Positions 28,699 to 38,191 of a stretch of 54,693 bases of DNA are shown one piece after another (the first letter of the stretch is position 1; every line of letters begins with the position of its first letter). The stretch covers positions 1-54,693 of the forward strand of contig CAZXJN010000005.1 of assembly GCA_964641015.1 (NCBI GenBank). Reading direction: 5' to 3'. A model generated the notes under the pieces. That model did no database searches, had not been told where the DNA came from, and saw only the letters and a list, made by a program, of their open reading frames with translations. The DNA is from an uncultured Candidatus Saccharibacteria bacterium (GTDB taxonomy: Bacteria; Patescibacteriota; Saccharimonadia; Saccharimonadales; JACDBH01). Position numbers and translations under genes: made by a program.

Positions 28699-29634
28699 CT
28701 ACTCTTTGGTTTTTTCTAAGACAAGTCCGACAATTACGTCAACAATATCTACTCCAGCCTGCTGAAGACAGTGCTCATACAGGCCTGGACGCCCATTTTC
28801 GTCCACGATTTTATAGCCTTCTGATGTTCTAATAAAATCAAATCCTATGATATCTTTGCCGATTGCCTGCTGTGCTCGCTGGGATAAGCTAATTATTTCT
28901 TCAGACGGAGAAACATATTCAGACACTGCTCCCTTTCCGTCCTGCTTGCCTGGATCGTAGACCTTCCATTCAGAGCCACCAAGAGAGAGCGGCTTCCTAT
29001 AAGCTATCAAAGGCTGCTGCCCTACCATACTTACTGACACCCACCCGGAAGCATCATTATCATAAAACTGCTCTAATAGAAATTGCTGGTGCTTGCCACT
29101 CATTGATGCGGATAGCTCAATTACTCCATGCAAATCTTCAGATGATTCACACCTTACAATACCGGTGCCCCAGCCCCCAAATCTTGGCTTGATGAGGACT
29201 CTGCCTCCCAGCTCTTGAAATGCTTTATCTATACCTGTGCGGTCATCGCTCCTAATAAGGGCGTACTTTGATACGGGCAGACCTGCTGATTTAAGCAATG
29301 AATGGGCCCGGAGTTTATCATTTGCAGCTTCTGTGCCATCTGCAGTATTTATAACTTTTGCCGTTGCTCCAATTGCTCTTAGCAAATGCAGGTAATAGCT
29401 GTCTGGACCTGTGCGCGATGGCCAAATCGTATCATGCCAGAAATATACATCTACGTCGTTTAGGCATATATCACCAACGTACACCTTTCCGTTAATTAGT
29501 ACGCCCTCCCTGAAATCTGCCTCAATAATCTCGCAGTTATGCTCATCAGTCAGTCGTTTTTTGATTTCCTCAATACGCTCCTGGGTAAAAGAGCCCTGCA
29601 CGGCCTTGTAGAAACCTATTTTTGGTCTAGTCAT
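28699..29634 (-). CDS. Divergent RimK-like ATP-grasp ligase
   Basis: VIN..A.DK, LIKPRFGGWGTG, LLEQF, IIGFDFI, VDENGRPG. Confidence 0.8.
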   Translation of the reverse strand: MTRPKIGFYKAVQGSFTQERIEEIKKRLTDEHNCEIIEADFREGVLINGKVYVGDICLNDVDVYFWHDTIWPSRTGPDSYYLHLLRAIGATAKVINTADGTEAANDKLRAHSLLKSAGLPVSKYALIRSDDRTGIDKAFQELGGRVLIKPRFGGWGTGIVRCESSEDLHGVIELSASMSGKHQQFLLEQFYDNDASGWVSVSMVGQQPLIAYRKPLSLGGSEWKVYDPGKQDGKGAVSEYVSPSEEIISLSQRAQQAIGKDIIGFDFIRTSEGYKIVDENGRPGLYEHCLQQAGVDIVDVIVGLVLEKTKE

Positions 29635-30467
29635 AACCTCTCCTGTATGTACTGCATAATATGATCAGCAACATTTATTCCTGTTGCCTGCTTGAACCCT
29701 TGCCACTCTGGAGTAACATTGGTTTCAATTACTTGCAGTGTGCCTTCGCTATCTCTCGCCATATCTACACCAGATATATCGTAACCCATGCTGCGATGCG
29801 CTTGGAGGGCAAGCGATTGCTCCTCTTCGTTGAGCGTGTAGGCCTCAGCCCTACCTCCCTGTGACACATTTGTCCGAAAGTCCTCACCCGATGAGCTTCG
29901 CTTTATGGCTCCAATCACCTTATCACCGATACATATGACGCGTATATCATATGCCATCTTCACAAACTCTTGGATTATAATTTTTGTGCCCTTTTCTTCG
30001 ACTTCCCGCAAGACATGGCCCTCATCATGGCACAGTCGGACGCCTTTACCCCTCTGAGAGTCTATGTCCTTTATAACTAGCGGGGGCTGGGGCCTCGATT
30101 GTAAAATCTGCCATGCTTTCGTGCTGCCGGCATGGAAGGTTCTCATGTGGGGTATATTCTTTTGTTTGTAAATAAGCGCTTCGTGCATTTTTGACGGAAT
30201 AAAATGAGAGGCAAGTGCCGCATCTATCACGGTCTTGCCTTCTGAAATAAGCGCCTGTGCAAGCGCCTGTGCAAGCGCATAATTATTATTATAGCCACGG
30301 AACAGATATGCATCATGTGAAAAAAAATCGTGATCAAATAAATTCTCAATGTCAAAGGCTAGCTCTTTCAACGGAAAGACAGTGCACTCTACGCCTCTGT
30401 CCTCGGCTGCCTTGATGAGGTCAAGTGTATTTGGCGAATCACGTCGTGAAATTATTGCAAGCTTCAT
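29631..30467 (-). CDS. RimK/LysX-like ATP-grasp ligase
   Basis: VIKDIDSQRGKG, IIQEFV..YDIR, FRTNVSQGG, SGVD, IETNVTP. Confidence 0.82.
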   Translation of the reverse strand: MKLAIISRRDSPNTLDLIKAAEDRGVECTVFPLKELAFDIENLFDHDFFSHDAYLFRGYNNNYALAQALAQALISEGKTVIDAALASHFIPSKMHEALIYKQKNIPHMRTFHAGSTKAWQILQSRPQPPLVIKDIDSQRGKGVRLCHDEGHVLREVEEKGTKIIIQEFVKMAYDIRVICIGDKVIGAIKRSSSGEDFRTNVSQGGRAEAYTLNEEEQSLALQAHRSMGYDISGVDMARDSEGTLQVIETNVTPEWQGFKQATGINVADHIMQYIQERL

Positions 30468-30497
30468 TAGTGCATATTCCAATGATTCATCTTGACC

Positions 30498-31616
30498 CTA
30501 TCTGAAAAAGCCTTTTTTGCCTTTGGCGGTGGCTTTAAATTGCTCGAGCAGCTCCTTTTGGGTCTTGGTCAGGTTCTGAGGTGTCTCTACATTGATCGTA
30601 ACGATATGGCTGCCGCGGGTGCTGCCGCGAAGGTGCGGCACCCCATGGCCAGACAGCTTGAAGTCCGTACCGCTCTGAGTGCCGGCCGGAACCTTCATCT
30701 TAATGGGGCCGTCGACGGTCTCTACCTCTATCTCCGCGCCAAGTGCGGCGTCTATCATTGATATGGATTCTTCCGATAGGATTAGGTTGCCTTCGCGGGT
30801 GAAATGCTTGTGAGCCTTCACTCTGATATTGACGTATAGATCGCCGCGCGGCGCATTAGCCATAGCTTCGCCGTGCTCACGCAGGCGTATGGTGGCGCCG
30901 TCGTCTATACCGGCAGGAATCTTGAGTTTGATTTCCTGATTCTTACTCTTTGTGCCTTTGCCCTTACAGACGCTGCAGACTTTTTCAGGGACTTTGCCGC
31001 TGCCGCGGCAAGTACCGCAGACTGTTGCCTGCTGGATATTACCGAAAATCGTACGGGTAACATGCACCTGTTGGCCGGAGCCTTTGCAGTCAGCGCAAGC
31101 CTTCATCTCATAACCCGGCTCTGCCGTGGAGCCCTTGCAGTGATCACAGACATCCTCCATGACCAGATTCAGCTCTACTTCAGTGCCAAAAACAGCCTGC
31201 TCAAAAGTAATAACTACTTCGGTCTCAACATCGCGGCCCCGCTTGGCCCTGCCGCCCTGCCGCTGGCCGCCGGCGCCGCCAAAAAAGCTGCCGAATATAT
31301 CACCGAGGCCCAAATCGCCAAAGTCAAAGTTAATATTCTGGCCCTGGCCGCCAAACCCGCCGAATCCTGCAAATGGATCGCCGTCACTGGCTGCGCTGCT
31401 GCCAACCCCTGCATGGCCGAACTGGTCGTAGCGCTGGCGCTTGCGCTCATCTTTTAGGACTTCGTAGGCCTCATTGACTTCTTTGAATTTAGCCTCATCG
31501 CCGCCTTCTTTGTCAGGATGATATTGAATAGCCTTCTTGCGAAAGGCCTTTTTTATCTCATCATCAGAGGCAGACTTTGCGATCCCAAGAATCTCGTAGT
31601 AGTCTCTCTTAGCCAT
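30498..31616 (-). CDS. dnaJ: Chaperone DnaJ
   Basis: J-domain with HPD, G/F-rich linker, four CxxCxGxG repeats. Confidence 0.98.
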   Translation of the reverse strand: MAKRDYYEILGIAKSASDDEIKKAFRKKAIQYHPDKEGGDEAKFKEVNEAYEVLKDERKRQRYDQFGHAGVGSSAASDGDPFAGFGGFGGQGQNINFDFGDLGLGDIFGSFFGGAGGQRQGGRAKRGRDVETEVVITFEQAVFGTEVELNLVMEDVCDHCKGSTAEPGYEMKACADCKGSGQQVHVTRTIFGNIQQATVCGTCRGSGKVPEKVCSVCKGKGTKSKNQEIKLKIPAGIDDGATIRLREHGEAMANAPRGDLYVNIRVKAHKHFTREGNLILSEESISMIDAALGAEIEVETVDGPIKMKVPAGTQSGTDFKLSGHGVPHLRGSTRGSHIVTINVETPQNLTKTQKELLEQFKATAKGKKGFFR

Positions 31617-31728
31617 TTTTTACCTCAAAACTTCGCCTGCCCCGCACCAAAACCTGATCGAAACAGTCTGTAATCAGATTGTGGAGAATCAAGTTTTTGG
31701 TGCTGGGGTAATAGTCTCGTTTGCTCAT
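31609..31728 (-). CDS. 39-aa upstream ORF beginning MSKRDYY, stop overlaps the dnaJ start
   Basis: ATG31728..TAA31609; first 7 residues match the DnaJ N-terminus MAKRDYY; lies just downstream of CIRCE. Confidence 0.45.
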   Translation of the reverse strand: MSKRDYYPSTKNLILHNLITDCFDQVLVRGRRSFEVKNG

Positions 31729-31743
31729 AGTTCAACGTATAGT

Positions 31744-31771
31744 TTAGCACTCTATAGGTATAGAGTGCTAG
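31744..31771. promoter_or_regulatory. CIRCE (HrcA operator) upstream of dnaJ, 10-nt spacer
   Basis: TTAGCACTC-tataggtata-GAGTGCTAG. Confidence 0.8.
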
Positions 31772-31824
31772 TAGTTTTGCTCATTTCAGTAGAAGGGGTA
31801 TGTGTTTCAATACCCTATCTTTTA

Positions 31825-31854
31825 ATTATACCACACTGCTTATGCTTTTGTCAA
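31825..31854 (-). promoter_or_regulatory. sigma70 promoter upstream of dnaJ
   Basis: Minus strand TTGACA-18 nt-TATAAT, spacer contains GCATAAGC. Confidence 0.7.
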
Positions 31855-31896
31855 GTACAGCTGGCTGCCGGTACATCAGCGCTAGCTGCTATGGCC

Positions 31897-32226
31897 TTAT
31901 TCGGATTCTGAACTTCCAGGAAACTTCAACGTAACCATTGAAATATTGTCTCCGCATACAATACTTTTCGTCTGAAGCTCTACTAGTTCTGCCTCTGCGT
32001 CTTCTGACCATAGAAGCCTGTTATAAAACTCCAGCCCGCGGTTGAACTCAAGAGGTGTAATCGCACCAGCTATAACATTGTTTTCGAGAGCTCTAAACAC
32101 ATCGGCTGGCGTATTTAGAAAGCCTTCGAAAAATATAGTAGCCGGTGTCATATCAACAGGTCTGTCTATATCAGACAGGTCTTCCACCGCACTCTGCCAA
32201 AGCTGCCGTTCATTTTCGCCAAGCAC
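31897..32226 (-). CDS. Hypothetical acidic protein (~109 aa)
   Basis: GTG32226 preceded by SD AAGGAGG at 9 nt; open to 31897. Confidence 0.5.
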   Translation of the reverse strand: MLGENERQLWQSAVEDLSDIDRPVDMTPATIFFEGFLNTPADVFRALENNVIAGAITPLEFNRGLEFYNRLLWSEDAEAELVELQTKSIVCGDNISMVTLKFPGSSESE

Positions 32227-32371
32227 TGTCTGGGTCCTCCTTCGGCACATCAGCTAAATCGGGTGGTAGCGGAGACGGGCGCGATGTCTCATCGTCTGAC
32301 GGGAGTGCAGCAGGATCATCTTCGATGCTTCGCAAGTATTCTGCCAGCCGCTCGCCCGTCATTTTTTCCAT
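32210..32371 (-). CDS. 53-aa Pro/Asp-rich hypothetical protein coupled to dnaK (not in ORF track)
   Basis: TAATG overlap with the dnaK stop; [53 protein letters not shown]. Confidence 0.5.
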   Translation of the reverse strand: MEKMTGERLAEYLRSIEDDPAALPSDDETSRPSPLPPDLADVPKEDPDSAWRK

Positions 32372-34308
32372 TAATCTTCCTTGCTGTCATCGACGACTTC
32401 GCCTTCGACTGCCCCGTCCTCTTTGCTCTTCTTGCCTTTTTTGCCCTTGCTTTCGCCCTGGCTCTTGTCCTCGGACGCCTGGCTATCGGATTCGTTGGAA
32501 GATTCATACATTTTGGCGCCGATTGGCATAATCTTGTCGCTCAGCTCTTTGCCGGCTTTTTCTAATGTGTCCTTGTCAGCCTTTTCATCCGAGCTAACTT
32601 TCTTGGCTGCCTCGATTGCGTCATCCAATGTCTTTTTGTCATCATCAGAAATCTTGTCAGCATTGTCGCTCTTTAGCTTTTCAGCGCTGTAAATTGCGCT
32701 GTCAAGCTGATTACGTGCATCGACAGCCTCACGGCGCTTCTTGTCCTCTTCGGCGTGGGCCTCGGCGTCTTTAGCCATCTTTTCGACCTCTTCCTTAGAC
32801 AAGCCTGAGCTGTCTTGGATAGTAATACTCTGCTCTTTGCCTGAACCCTTATCCTTGGCGGTAACGTTCAGAATACCGTTGGCGTCAATATTAAAGGTCA
32901 CCTCAATCTGCGGTACACCGCGCGGTGCTGGCGGAATTCCGTCTAGCACAAACCGGCCCAGGGATTTATTGTCGGCGGCAAACTCTCGCTCGCCCTGCAG
33001 TACGTGGATTTCTACCTGGTTTTGGTTGTCAGCGGCCGTAGAAAATACCTCCGACTTGCTGGTAGGAATGGTAGTGTTGCGCTCAATCAGCTTGGTGCTG
33101 ACAGAGCCCATTGTCTCAATACCAAGCGACAACGGGGTTACATCCAGCAGCAGCACGTCTTTGACATCGCCTTGCAGCACGCCGCCTTGGATAGCTGCGC
33201 CGATAGCAACGACTTCATCAGGGTTAACGCCCTTCATTGGGTCTTTGCCGAAGATTTTCTTGACCTGCTCCTGAACGGCCGGCATACGGGTCATACCACC
33301 CACCAGCACCACCGCATCGATATCGCTGGCCTTGAGTCCAGCATCTTTCAGGGCCTTTTCGCATGGTATGGCAGTCTTTTCGATCAGCTCGCCCACCAAG
33401 CTTTCTAGCTTGGCACGAGTCAACTTGTACTCAAAATGCTTTGGACCATCTGCATCAGCGGTAAGAAACGGTAGGTTTATATTGACTTCAGTAGCGGTAG
33501 AAAGCTCAATCTTGGCCTTTTCAGCCTCGTCACGAAGCCGCTGCATTGCTGCACGATCCTCGCTAATGTCGAGTCCGTGCTCTTTTTTGAATTCATCTGC
33601 AAAATGGTTTACCACTACTCGGTCGAAGTCAGCGCCGCCAAGGTGTGTGTCACCATTGGTTGCCTTCACCTCGAACACCCCGTCGCCAAGCTCTAGGATT
33701 GATACGTCAAACGTACCGCCGCCAAGGTCATACACAGCAATCTTCTCGTCTGATTTCTGTCCTTTGTCCAGGCCGTAGGCCAGTGCGGCGGCGGTTGGCT
33801 CGTTAATGATACGTTTGACTTCTAATCCTGCGATCTTGCCAGCATCCTTGGTAGCCTGACGCTGACTGTCATCAAAGTATGCAGGCACCGTAATAACTGC
33901 TTCGGTAACCGGCTGGCCCAGGTAGCTTTCGGCATCTGTCTTGAGCTTGCCCAGGATCATCGCGCTGATTTCCTCGGGGCTATACTCTTTATCACCCATT
34001 TTTACCTTGACAGCGGTACCGCTTTTGACGATCTCGTAGCCCATCAGCTTGAGATCGCGCTGGACTTCACGATCGGTAAACTTGCGGCCAATCAGGCGTT
34101 TTACTTCATAAATCGTGTTCTTCGGGTTGGTAACCTGCTGACGTCGGGCTAGCTGACCGACTAATCGCTCGCCGTTTTTGTTGACAGCCACCACAGACGG
34201 CGTGGTTCGGCCGCCCTCGGCATTTGTAATAATCTCAGCCTTGCCTGACTGCATGGCAGCCATAGCGCTGTTGGTTGTACCTAAGTCAATACCAATTATT
34301 TTACCCAT
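32371..34308 (-). CDS. dnaK: Chaperone DnaK (Hsp70)
   Basis: [41 protein letters not shown]. Confidence 0.99.
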   Translation of the reverse strand: MGKIIGIDLGTTNSAMAAMQSGKAEIITNAEGGRTTPSVVAVNKNGERLVGQLARRQQVTNPKNTIYEVKRLIGRKFTDREVQRDLKLMGYEIVKSGTAVKVKMGDKEYSPEEISAMILGKLKTDAESYLGQPVTEAVITVPAYFDDSQRQATKDAGKIAGLEVKRIINEPTAAALAYGLDKGQKSDEKIAVYDLGGGTFDVSILELGDGVFEVKATNGDTHLGGADFDRVVVNHFADEFKKEHGLDISEDRAAMQRLRDEAEKAKIELSTATEVNINLPFLTADADGPKHFEYKLTRAKLESLVGELIEKTAIPCEKALKDAGLKASDIDAVVLVGGMTRMPAVQEQVKKIFGKDPMKGVNPDEVVAIGAAIQGGVLQGDVKDVLLLDVTPLSLGIETMGSVSTKLIERNTTIPTSKSEVFSTAADNQNQVEIHVLQGEREFAADNKSLGRFVLDGIPPAPRGVPQIEVTFNIDANGILNVTAKDKGSGKEQSITIQDSSGLSKEEVEKMAKDAEAHAEEDKKRREAVDARNQLDSAIYSAEKLKSDNADKISDDDKKTLDDAIEAAKKVSSDEKADKDTLEKAGKELSDKIMPIGAKMYESSNESDSQASEDKSQGESKGKKGKKSKEDGAVEGEVVDDSKED

Positions 34309-34439
34309 AACTTGCCGCTTCGCCTATGAGACAAACCTCGCGGTTTTTCCCATCGTTCGGGGCCGCGGAATAAATCCGCTGACTCCGGCTGCTCCTTTCC
34401 CTTCGAGCTTGCGAAGCATCTCCTTTCTTTATTACTTAA

Positions 34440-34466
34440 TTAGCAACGTGCATATCAGAGTGCTAA
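34440..34466. promoter_or_regulatory. CIRCE upstream of dnaK, degenerate copy
   Basis: TTAGCAACG-N9-GAGTGCTAA. Confidence 0.75.
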
Positions 34467-34488
34467 ATCAATGGTAGCACAAAATATT

Positions 34489-34515
34489 TTAGCACTCAAC
34501 CCTATCGAGTGCTAG
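34489..34515. promoter_or_regulatory. CIRCE upstream of dnaK
   Basis: TTAGCACTC-N9-GAGTGCTAG. Confidence 0.92.
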
Positions 34516-34868
34516 TCTTTCTTACTGGAGCTCTCTTCCATGTGCCAACGACGTACAGATCGTTCCTCGCGCTGCTTTTGTTCAAGTGCTTTGGTCAGCG
34601 TCTCTGTCTCGCTGTAACGGTAAAGACCGCTTGCCTTGTCCTTTGCAAAATCATAATAAATAGCAACCGCGCCCATGCCGCCGATCAGTATTCCAAAAAC
34701 AGCAAACAGTACGAATCTGTCAGGATCTCCTGTTTCAAAACCTTTGGCCATCAGCCAGCAACCGAATAGAAAGACGGCTGCGCCGACAGCCCGTCGGAGC
34801 GTCAAGTGGGTAAAGAATTCAACCAAAAACTCTATGACCGACCGCAGCAGTGAAGCAAATAACAGCAT
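34512..34868 (-). CDS. Hypothetical two-TM membrane protein between grpE and dnaK
   Basis: 118 aa, two hydrophobic helices, charged C-terminus; TATACT 6 nt before ATG. Confidence 0.7.
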   Translation of the reverse strand: MLLFASLLRSVIEFLVEFFTHLTLRRAVGAAVFLFGCWLMAKGFETGDPDRFVLFAVFGILIGGMGAVAIYYDFAKDKASGLYRYSETETLTKALEQKQREERSVRRWHMEESSSKKD

Positions 34869-34886
34869 GACGCCAGTATAGCAAAA

Positions 34887-35351
34887 TCAGCTTTTTACAC
34901 GGACCATGGCTTCGCGAATGATTTCGCCGCCTAGTGTATAGCCTGCCTGAAGTTCCTCGCTGACTATTTCTTGCTTGCCGCCCCCATCTTCGTGGCTGAC
35001 AGCGTTGTGCAAACTCGGGTCAAATGGCTCGCCCACGGTCTTGATCCTCTCAACGCCGAGCTTACCTAAAATCTCTTCAAACTGCTTGACTATGCCGCTG
35101 ACACCTTTTACATAATCGTGCTTCTCCAAATCCTTTGGCGTATGTTTAAGTGCACGCTCAAAGTTATCTATCACCGGCAGAAGTTCACGTACGACATTTG
35201 CCTTGTAAAATGAACTCATCTTGAGACGCTCTTCTTCTGAGCGACGGCGGACATTCATAGCATCAGCGCGCTCACGCTGCAATGCATCTGTGAGCTCGGC
35301 AATGTGCTGCTCAAGCTCTTTTGCTGATTTTTTGGGCTGTTTTTTGGCCAC
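34887..35351 (-). CDS. grpE: Nucleotide exchange factor GrpE
   Basis: RERAD..N.RRR, LLPVIDNFERAL, FDPSLHNAV, LQAGYTL..IIREAMV. Confidence 0.96.
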   Translation of the reverse strand: MAKKQPKKSAKELEQHIAELTDALQRERADAMNVRRRSEEERLKMSSFYKANVVRELLPVIDNFERALKHTPKDLEKHDYVKGVSGIVKQFEEILGKLGVERIKTVGEPFDPSLHNAVSHEDGGGKQEIVSEELQAGYTLGGEIIREAMVRVKS

Positions 35352-36058
35352 TACAGCACCTCCTCTAAGGCGCGGCCGGCGCGGGCAACGAGCGCGGTCA
35401 CGTCACGGTAGCTCTGGCGGGTTGGACCAAGCACACCGATGTAGCTCTGATCCGAATAAGGACTTCCGAATCGACTAATAATCAAGCTACAGCCTGCACT
35501 GCCGCCAATAGGATTCTCACGGCCGATGTACACGCTAAGCGGATCGTTTGGGGCTGCCTCCCTGAGCCATGGCTCAAGGTTATCGAGCAACCGGGCTACC
35601 TCTTGCACCTGGCCTGGGTGGATGAACTCCGGCTGGCCAAAAAGATTAGACAGGCCACTCATATAGAGTTGGTCACCGATGGTCGCCAGACCCAAATTGT
35701 GAGTAAGCTCCACAAGTGTATCTACCGCGTTACGGATTGTTCGCTCCGGCAGCCCACCATGCTGCACACGAGTAGTAATCGCTCTTTCTCCACGGCGCTC
35801 GAGTGGCGTCTGCTCTTGCTCGGTTTCACTGAGATAATTTACATAATAACGATAGCCCTTATCAGTAGGTATGCGTCCCGCACTGGTATGCGGCTGTTTT
35901 ATGTATCCCAATCGCTCCAGCTCGGCCATTTCGGTGCGTATGGTTGCACTCGATACGCCAAAAACCTTCGCCAGCAAGCTGCTGCCCACTGGGCTGGCTA
36001 CTTCTGCATATTGCTCAACAATAGAGAGCAAAATTGCTCGTTGTCGCTCAGTTATCAT
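35351..36058 (-). CDS. hrcA: Heat-inducible repressor HrcA (short 235-aa form)
   Basis: [35 protein letters not shown]; IGVLGPTR; CIRCE upstream. Confidence 0.95.
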   Translation of the reverse strand: MITERQRAILLSIVEQYAEVASPVGSSLLAKVFGVSSATIRTEMAELERLGYIKQPHTSAGRIPTDKGYRYYVNYLSETEQEQTPLERRGERAITTRVQHGGLPERTIRNAVDTLVELTHNLGLATIGDQLYMSGLSNLFGQPEFIHPGQVQEVARLLDNLEPWLREAAPNDPLSVYIGRENPIGGSAGCSLIISRFGSPYSDQSYIGVLGPTRQSYRDVTALVARAGRALEEVL

Positions 36059-36064
36059 AAGAAT

Positions 36065-36102
36065 AGTGTACTATCCTGGCACTCAGGTGTCAAGAGTGCC
36101 AA
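36065..36102 (-). promoter_or_regulatory. hrcA promoter overlapped by CIRCE (36076-36102)
   Basis: CTGGCACTC-N9-GAGTGCCAA; minus-strand TTGACA(36093-36088)-17 nt-TACACT(36070-36065), 6 nt before ATG. Confidence 0.88.
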
Positions 36103-36107
36103 ACAGG

Positions 36108-36428
36108 TTATTCCTCTGTGAAAAGCCGAAATTCTATGTAGCTTCCATCGCTCGCCGTTGCATCACCTTCTATCAGGTTGACCAGCTGCGGATTGGTAAT
36201 AATGCCTGATTCTACTTCGAGCGAAGTATATTCTGTGTCTGCTGTGGATTGATATACCGCCGACGGCACAAAAGCGGCCAGCAGTACCAGCCCGCTCGCA
36301 AACAGCGCCACCAAAGCAAAGCGGCTCTTATGGATCACGTCTTCGTAATGCAGCTCGAACTGCCCAGTGACAACCTCTGGTTTTCGTGTATCGCGCCGAG
36401 GCTTGGTGGTGCGACGTAGTATAGCCAT
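36108..36428 (-). CDS. Hypothetical single-TM protein
   Basis: 106 aa, basic N-terminus, one TM; TACAAT 6 nt before ATG. Confidence 0.65.
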   Translation of the reverse strand: MAILRRTTKPRRDTRKPEVVTGQFELHYEDVIHKSRFALVALFASGLVLLAAFVPSAVYQSTADTEYTSLEVESGIITNPQLVNLIEGDATASDGSYIEFRLFTEE

Positions 36429-36440
36429 AAGCCTATTGTA

Positions 36441-37184
36441 CTATGAGCTGCCCAAATAGAGTTGAATGTCGATGAGCAAGCGTTCGGCATGATCACGCCC
36501 GCGGGCCTGCTTGTCTGGGTCAGGTTCACGTCCATTTGCAAGCTCGTCGACGGCCATGGCCGCTTCATGTATTTCATTATTGATAACAAAATGATAAAAA
36601 TCCGACTCTAACGCATCCTGGATTTCAGCCTGCGCGCTACGAAATCGCCGAATGACCTCCTGCTCTGTCATTTGGCCACGTCCGGTAAGCCGGGACATCC
36701 ATATCTCAAAGGTGGGTGGCAGCAGAAACACAAACACTGCATTTGGGTTTAACCGATGCAGCGTCCGCCCTCCGGCAACCTCTATCTCGTCAATAGCTAT
36801 CTTGCCCGAATCATAAGCCTTCTGCAATTCGGCCCCTTTGATCCCTGAGACTTGCTGGCCGTGGATAATGGCTGCCTCTAGATACTCGCCCGCTTGCAGT
36901 CCGCGCAGAAATTCATCCTCCGAGGTAAACCAATACTCTACCCCATTTTGCTCAAGCACACCGTTGTTCTCCCTCGGCATGCGCGTCGTGGTAGAAATTA
37001 TCTGGTGATATCTGCCAGTCTGCACCAGTATAGCGATCAGCGTGTTTCGACCAGAGGCAGTAGGACCTACGAGCAGGACCATTTGTGTTTCAGTAAAAAG
37101 CCTGGCAGTCTCATCAGATGGGCGATACGCCTGCAGTACCTCCTGGAATTCATCAAGCCGTTCTAGTTTATTTTCTGTTTTCAT
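36441..37184 (-). CDS. Guanylate kinase-like protein 1
   Basis: GPTASGRNT, STTTRMPR..EQNGVEYWF, EFL..GEYLE. Confidence 0.85.
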   Translation of the reverse strand: MKTENKLERLDEFQEVLQAYRPSDETARLFTETQMVLLVGPTASGRNTLIAILVQTGRYHQIISTTTRMPRENNGVLEQNGVEYWFTSEDEFLRGLQAGEYLEAAIIHGQQVSGIKGAELQKAYDSGKIAIDEIEVAGGRTLHRLNPNAVFVFLLPPTFEIWMSRLTGRGQMTEQEVIRRFRSAQAEIQDALESDFYHFVINNEIHEAAMAVDELANGREPDPDKQARGRDHAERLLIDIQLYLGSS

Positions 37185-37222
37185 ATCTGTCAGTATAGGG
37201 GCTGCTTCAGAAAAGCCAAAGC

Positions 37223-37909
37223 CTAGCGGATAACCCGCTGCAAATGTTCATAGAGAGTTATAGCCGAGGAGCGAGCCCGCGCAGATTCGGTTTGATTTAC
37301 CGAACCACGCACCACCGCCCGCAACGACTCAACAGCAGTATTGAGATCATCATTGAGGATAAACACATATGACGGGTCAGCCAACGCCGCCCGCAATGAT
37401 TCTTTTGCCTCAAGCAGCCGCGCTTCAAGGTCTTTGTCGCGGTGTGCGCTGATTCTGCGCATCCATTCGCTATGATTAGGCGGCACGATATACACCGGAA
37501 TCACACTCGCAAACCCAAGCTCACGGAATTTTGGCAAAGCAGTTGCAATAATCGACATTGCGCAGGCTCCGCTGCCCGGAAACGAGCTGGCTCTAGTGCC
37601 GTATATTTCGCTGCCGCGCTGAACCACAAACTGTACGTATTCACCGTTTTCAATTTCTTGAATAACGTTATTCAGGTCGCTTCGAAAATTATAGTCCCTG
37701 CCCTGAACCTCGCCATCTCGTGGCGGACGAGTAGTATCGCCTATCACGAATGGCAATCCAGACTGGCGCACAACGGTTGATTTGCCTGCACCTGTCGGTC
37801 CCACTACCGCAATCAGGTTGATATGAGAAAGCTGTTTTTTAACTTCTTCATTTGCTTGATAGTTTTCTTGTAGCCCCTGTACGCGGGCAACTGCAGTTTG
37901 TTTGTCCAT
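37223..37909 (-). CDS. Guanylate kinase-like protein 2
   Basis: GPTGAGKST, DTTRPPRDGEVQGRDYNF, YGT, PVYIVPP; probable start ATG37909. Confidence 0.85.
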   Translation of the reverse strand: MDKQTAVARVQGLQENYQANEEVKKQLSHINLIAVVGPTGAGKSTVVRQSGLPFVIGDTTRPPRDGEVQGRDYNFRSDLNNVIQEIENGEYVQFVVQRGSEIYGTRASSFPGSGACAMSIIATALPKFRELGFASVIPVYIVPPNHSEWMRRISAHRDKDLEARLLEAKESLRAALADPSYVFILNDDLNTAVESLRAVVRGSVNQTESARARSSAITLYEHLQRVIR

Positions 37910-38191
37910 ACTTAAAATCATTATAGCAGGAGCACCTGTAAAACATAAACGCCATACTACAAGCAAAAATACACCTGGCGTCATTCGAACACTGTAGCAA
38001 GTGACAACATGACCAGGCGCTCCATGAGGTTAAACTTTTTTAGTAAAGCGGATGATTCTAATCGGCTAAGGGCATTACTATTAATGCCTCTGTGGGGATG
38101 TCGACTTTGCCAAAACGCTTCAGGCGCTACTGCACCCCACGAAACAAGTTTCGCGCCTCCCCCGCTTGAAAGAGCTGAAGAGCAGAGTACG

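Noticed and set aside
32200-32250. Programmed +1 frameshift joining the two small ORFs between dnaK and dnaJ
   Set aside because: No recognisable slippery site, and the downstream ORF has its own perfect SD and GTG start.
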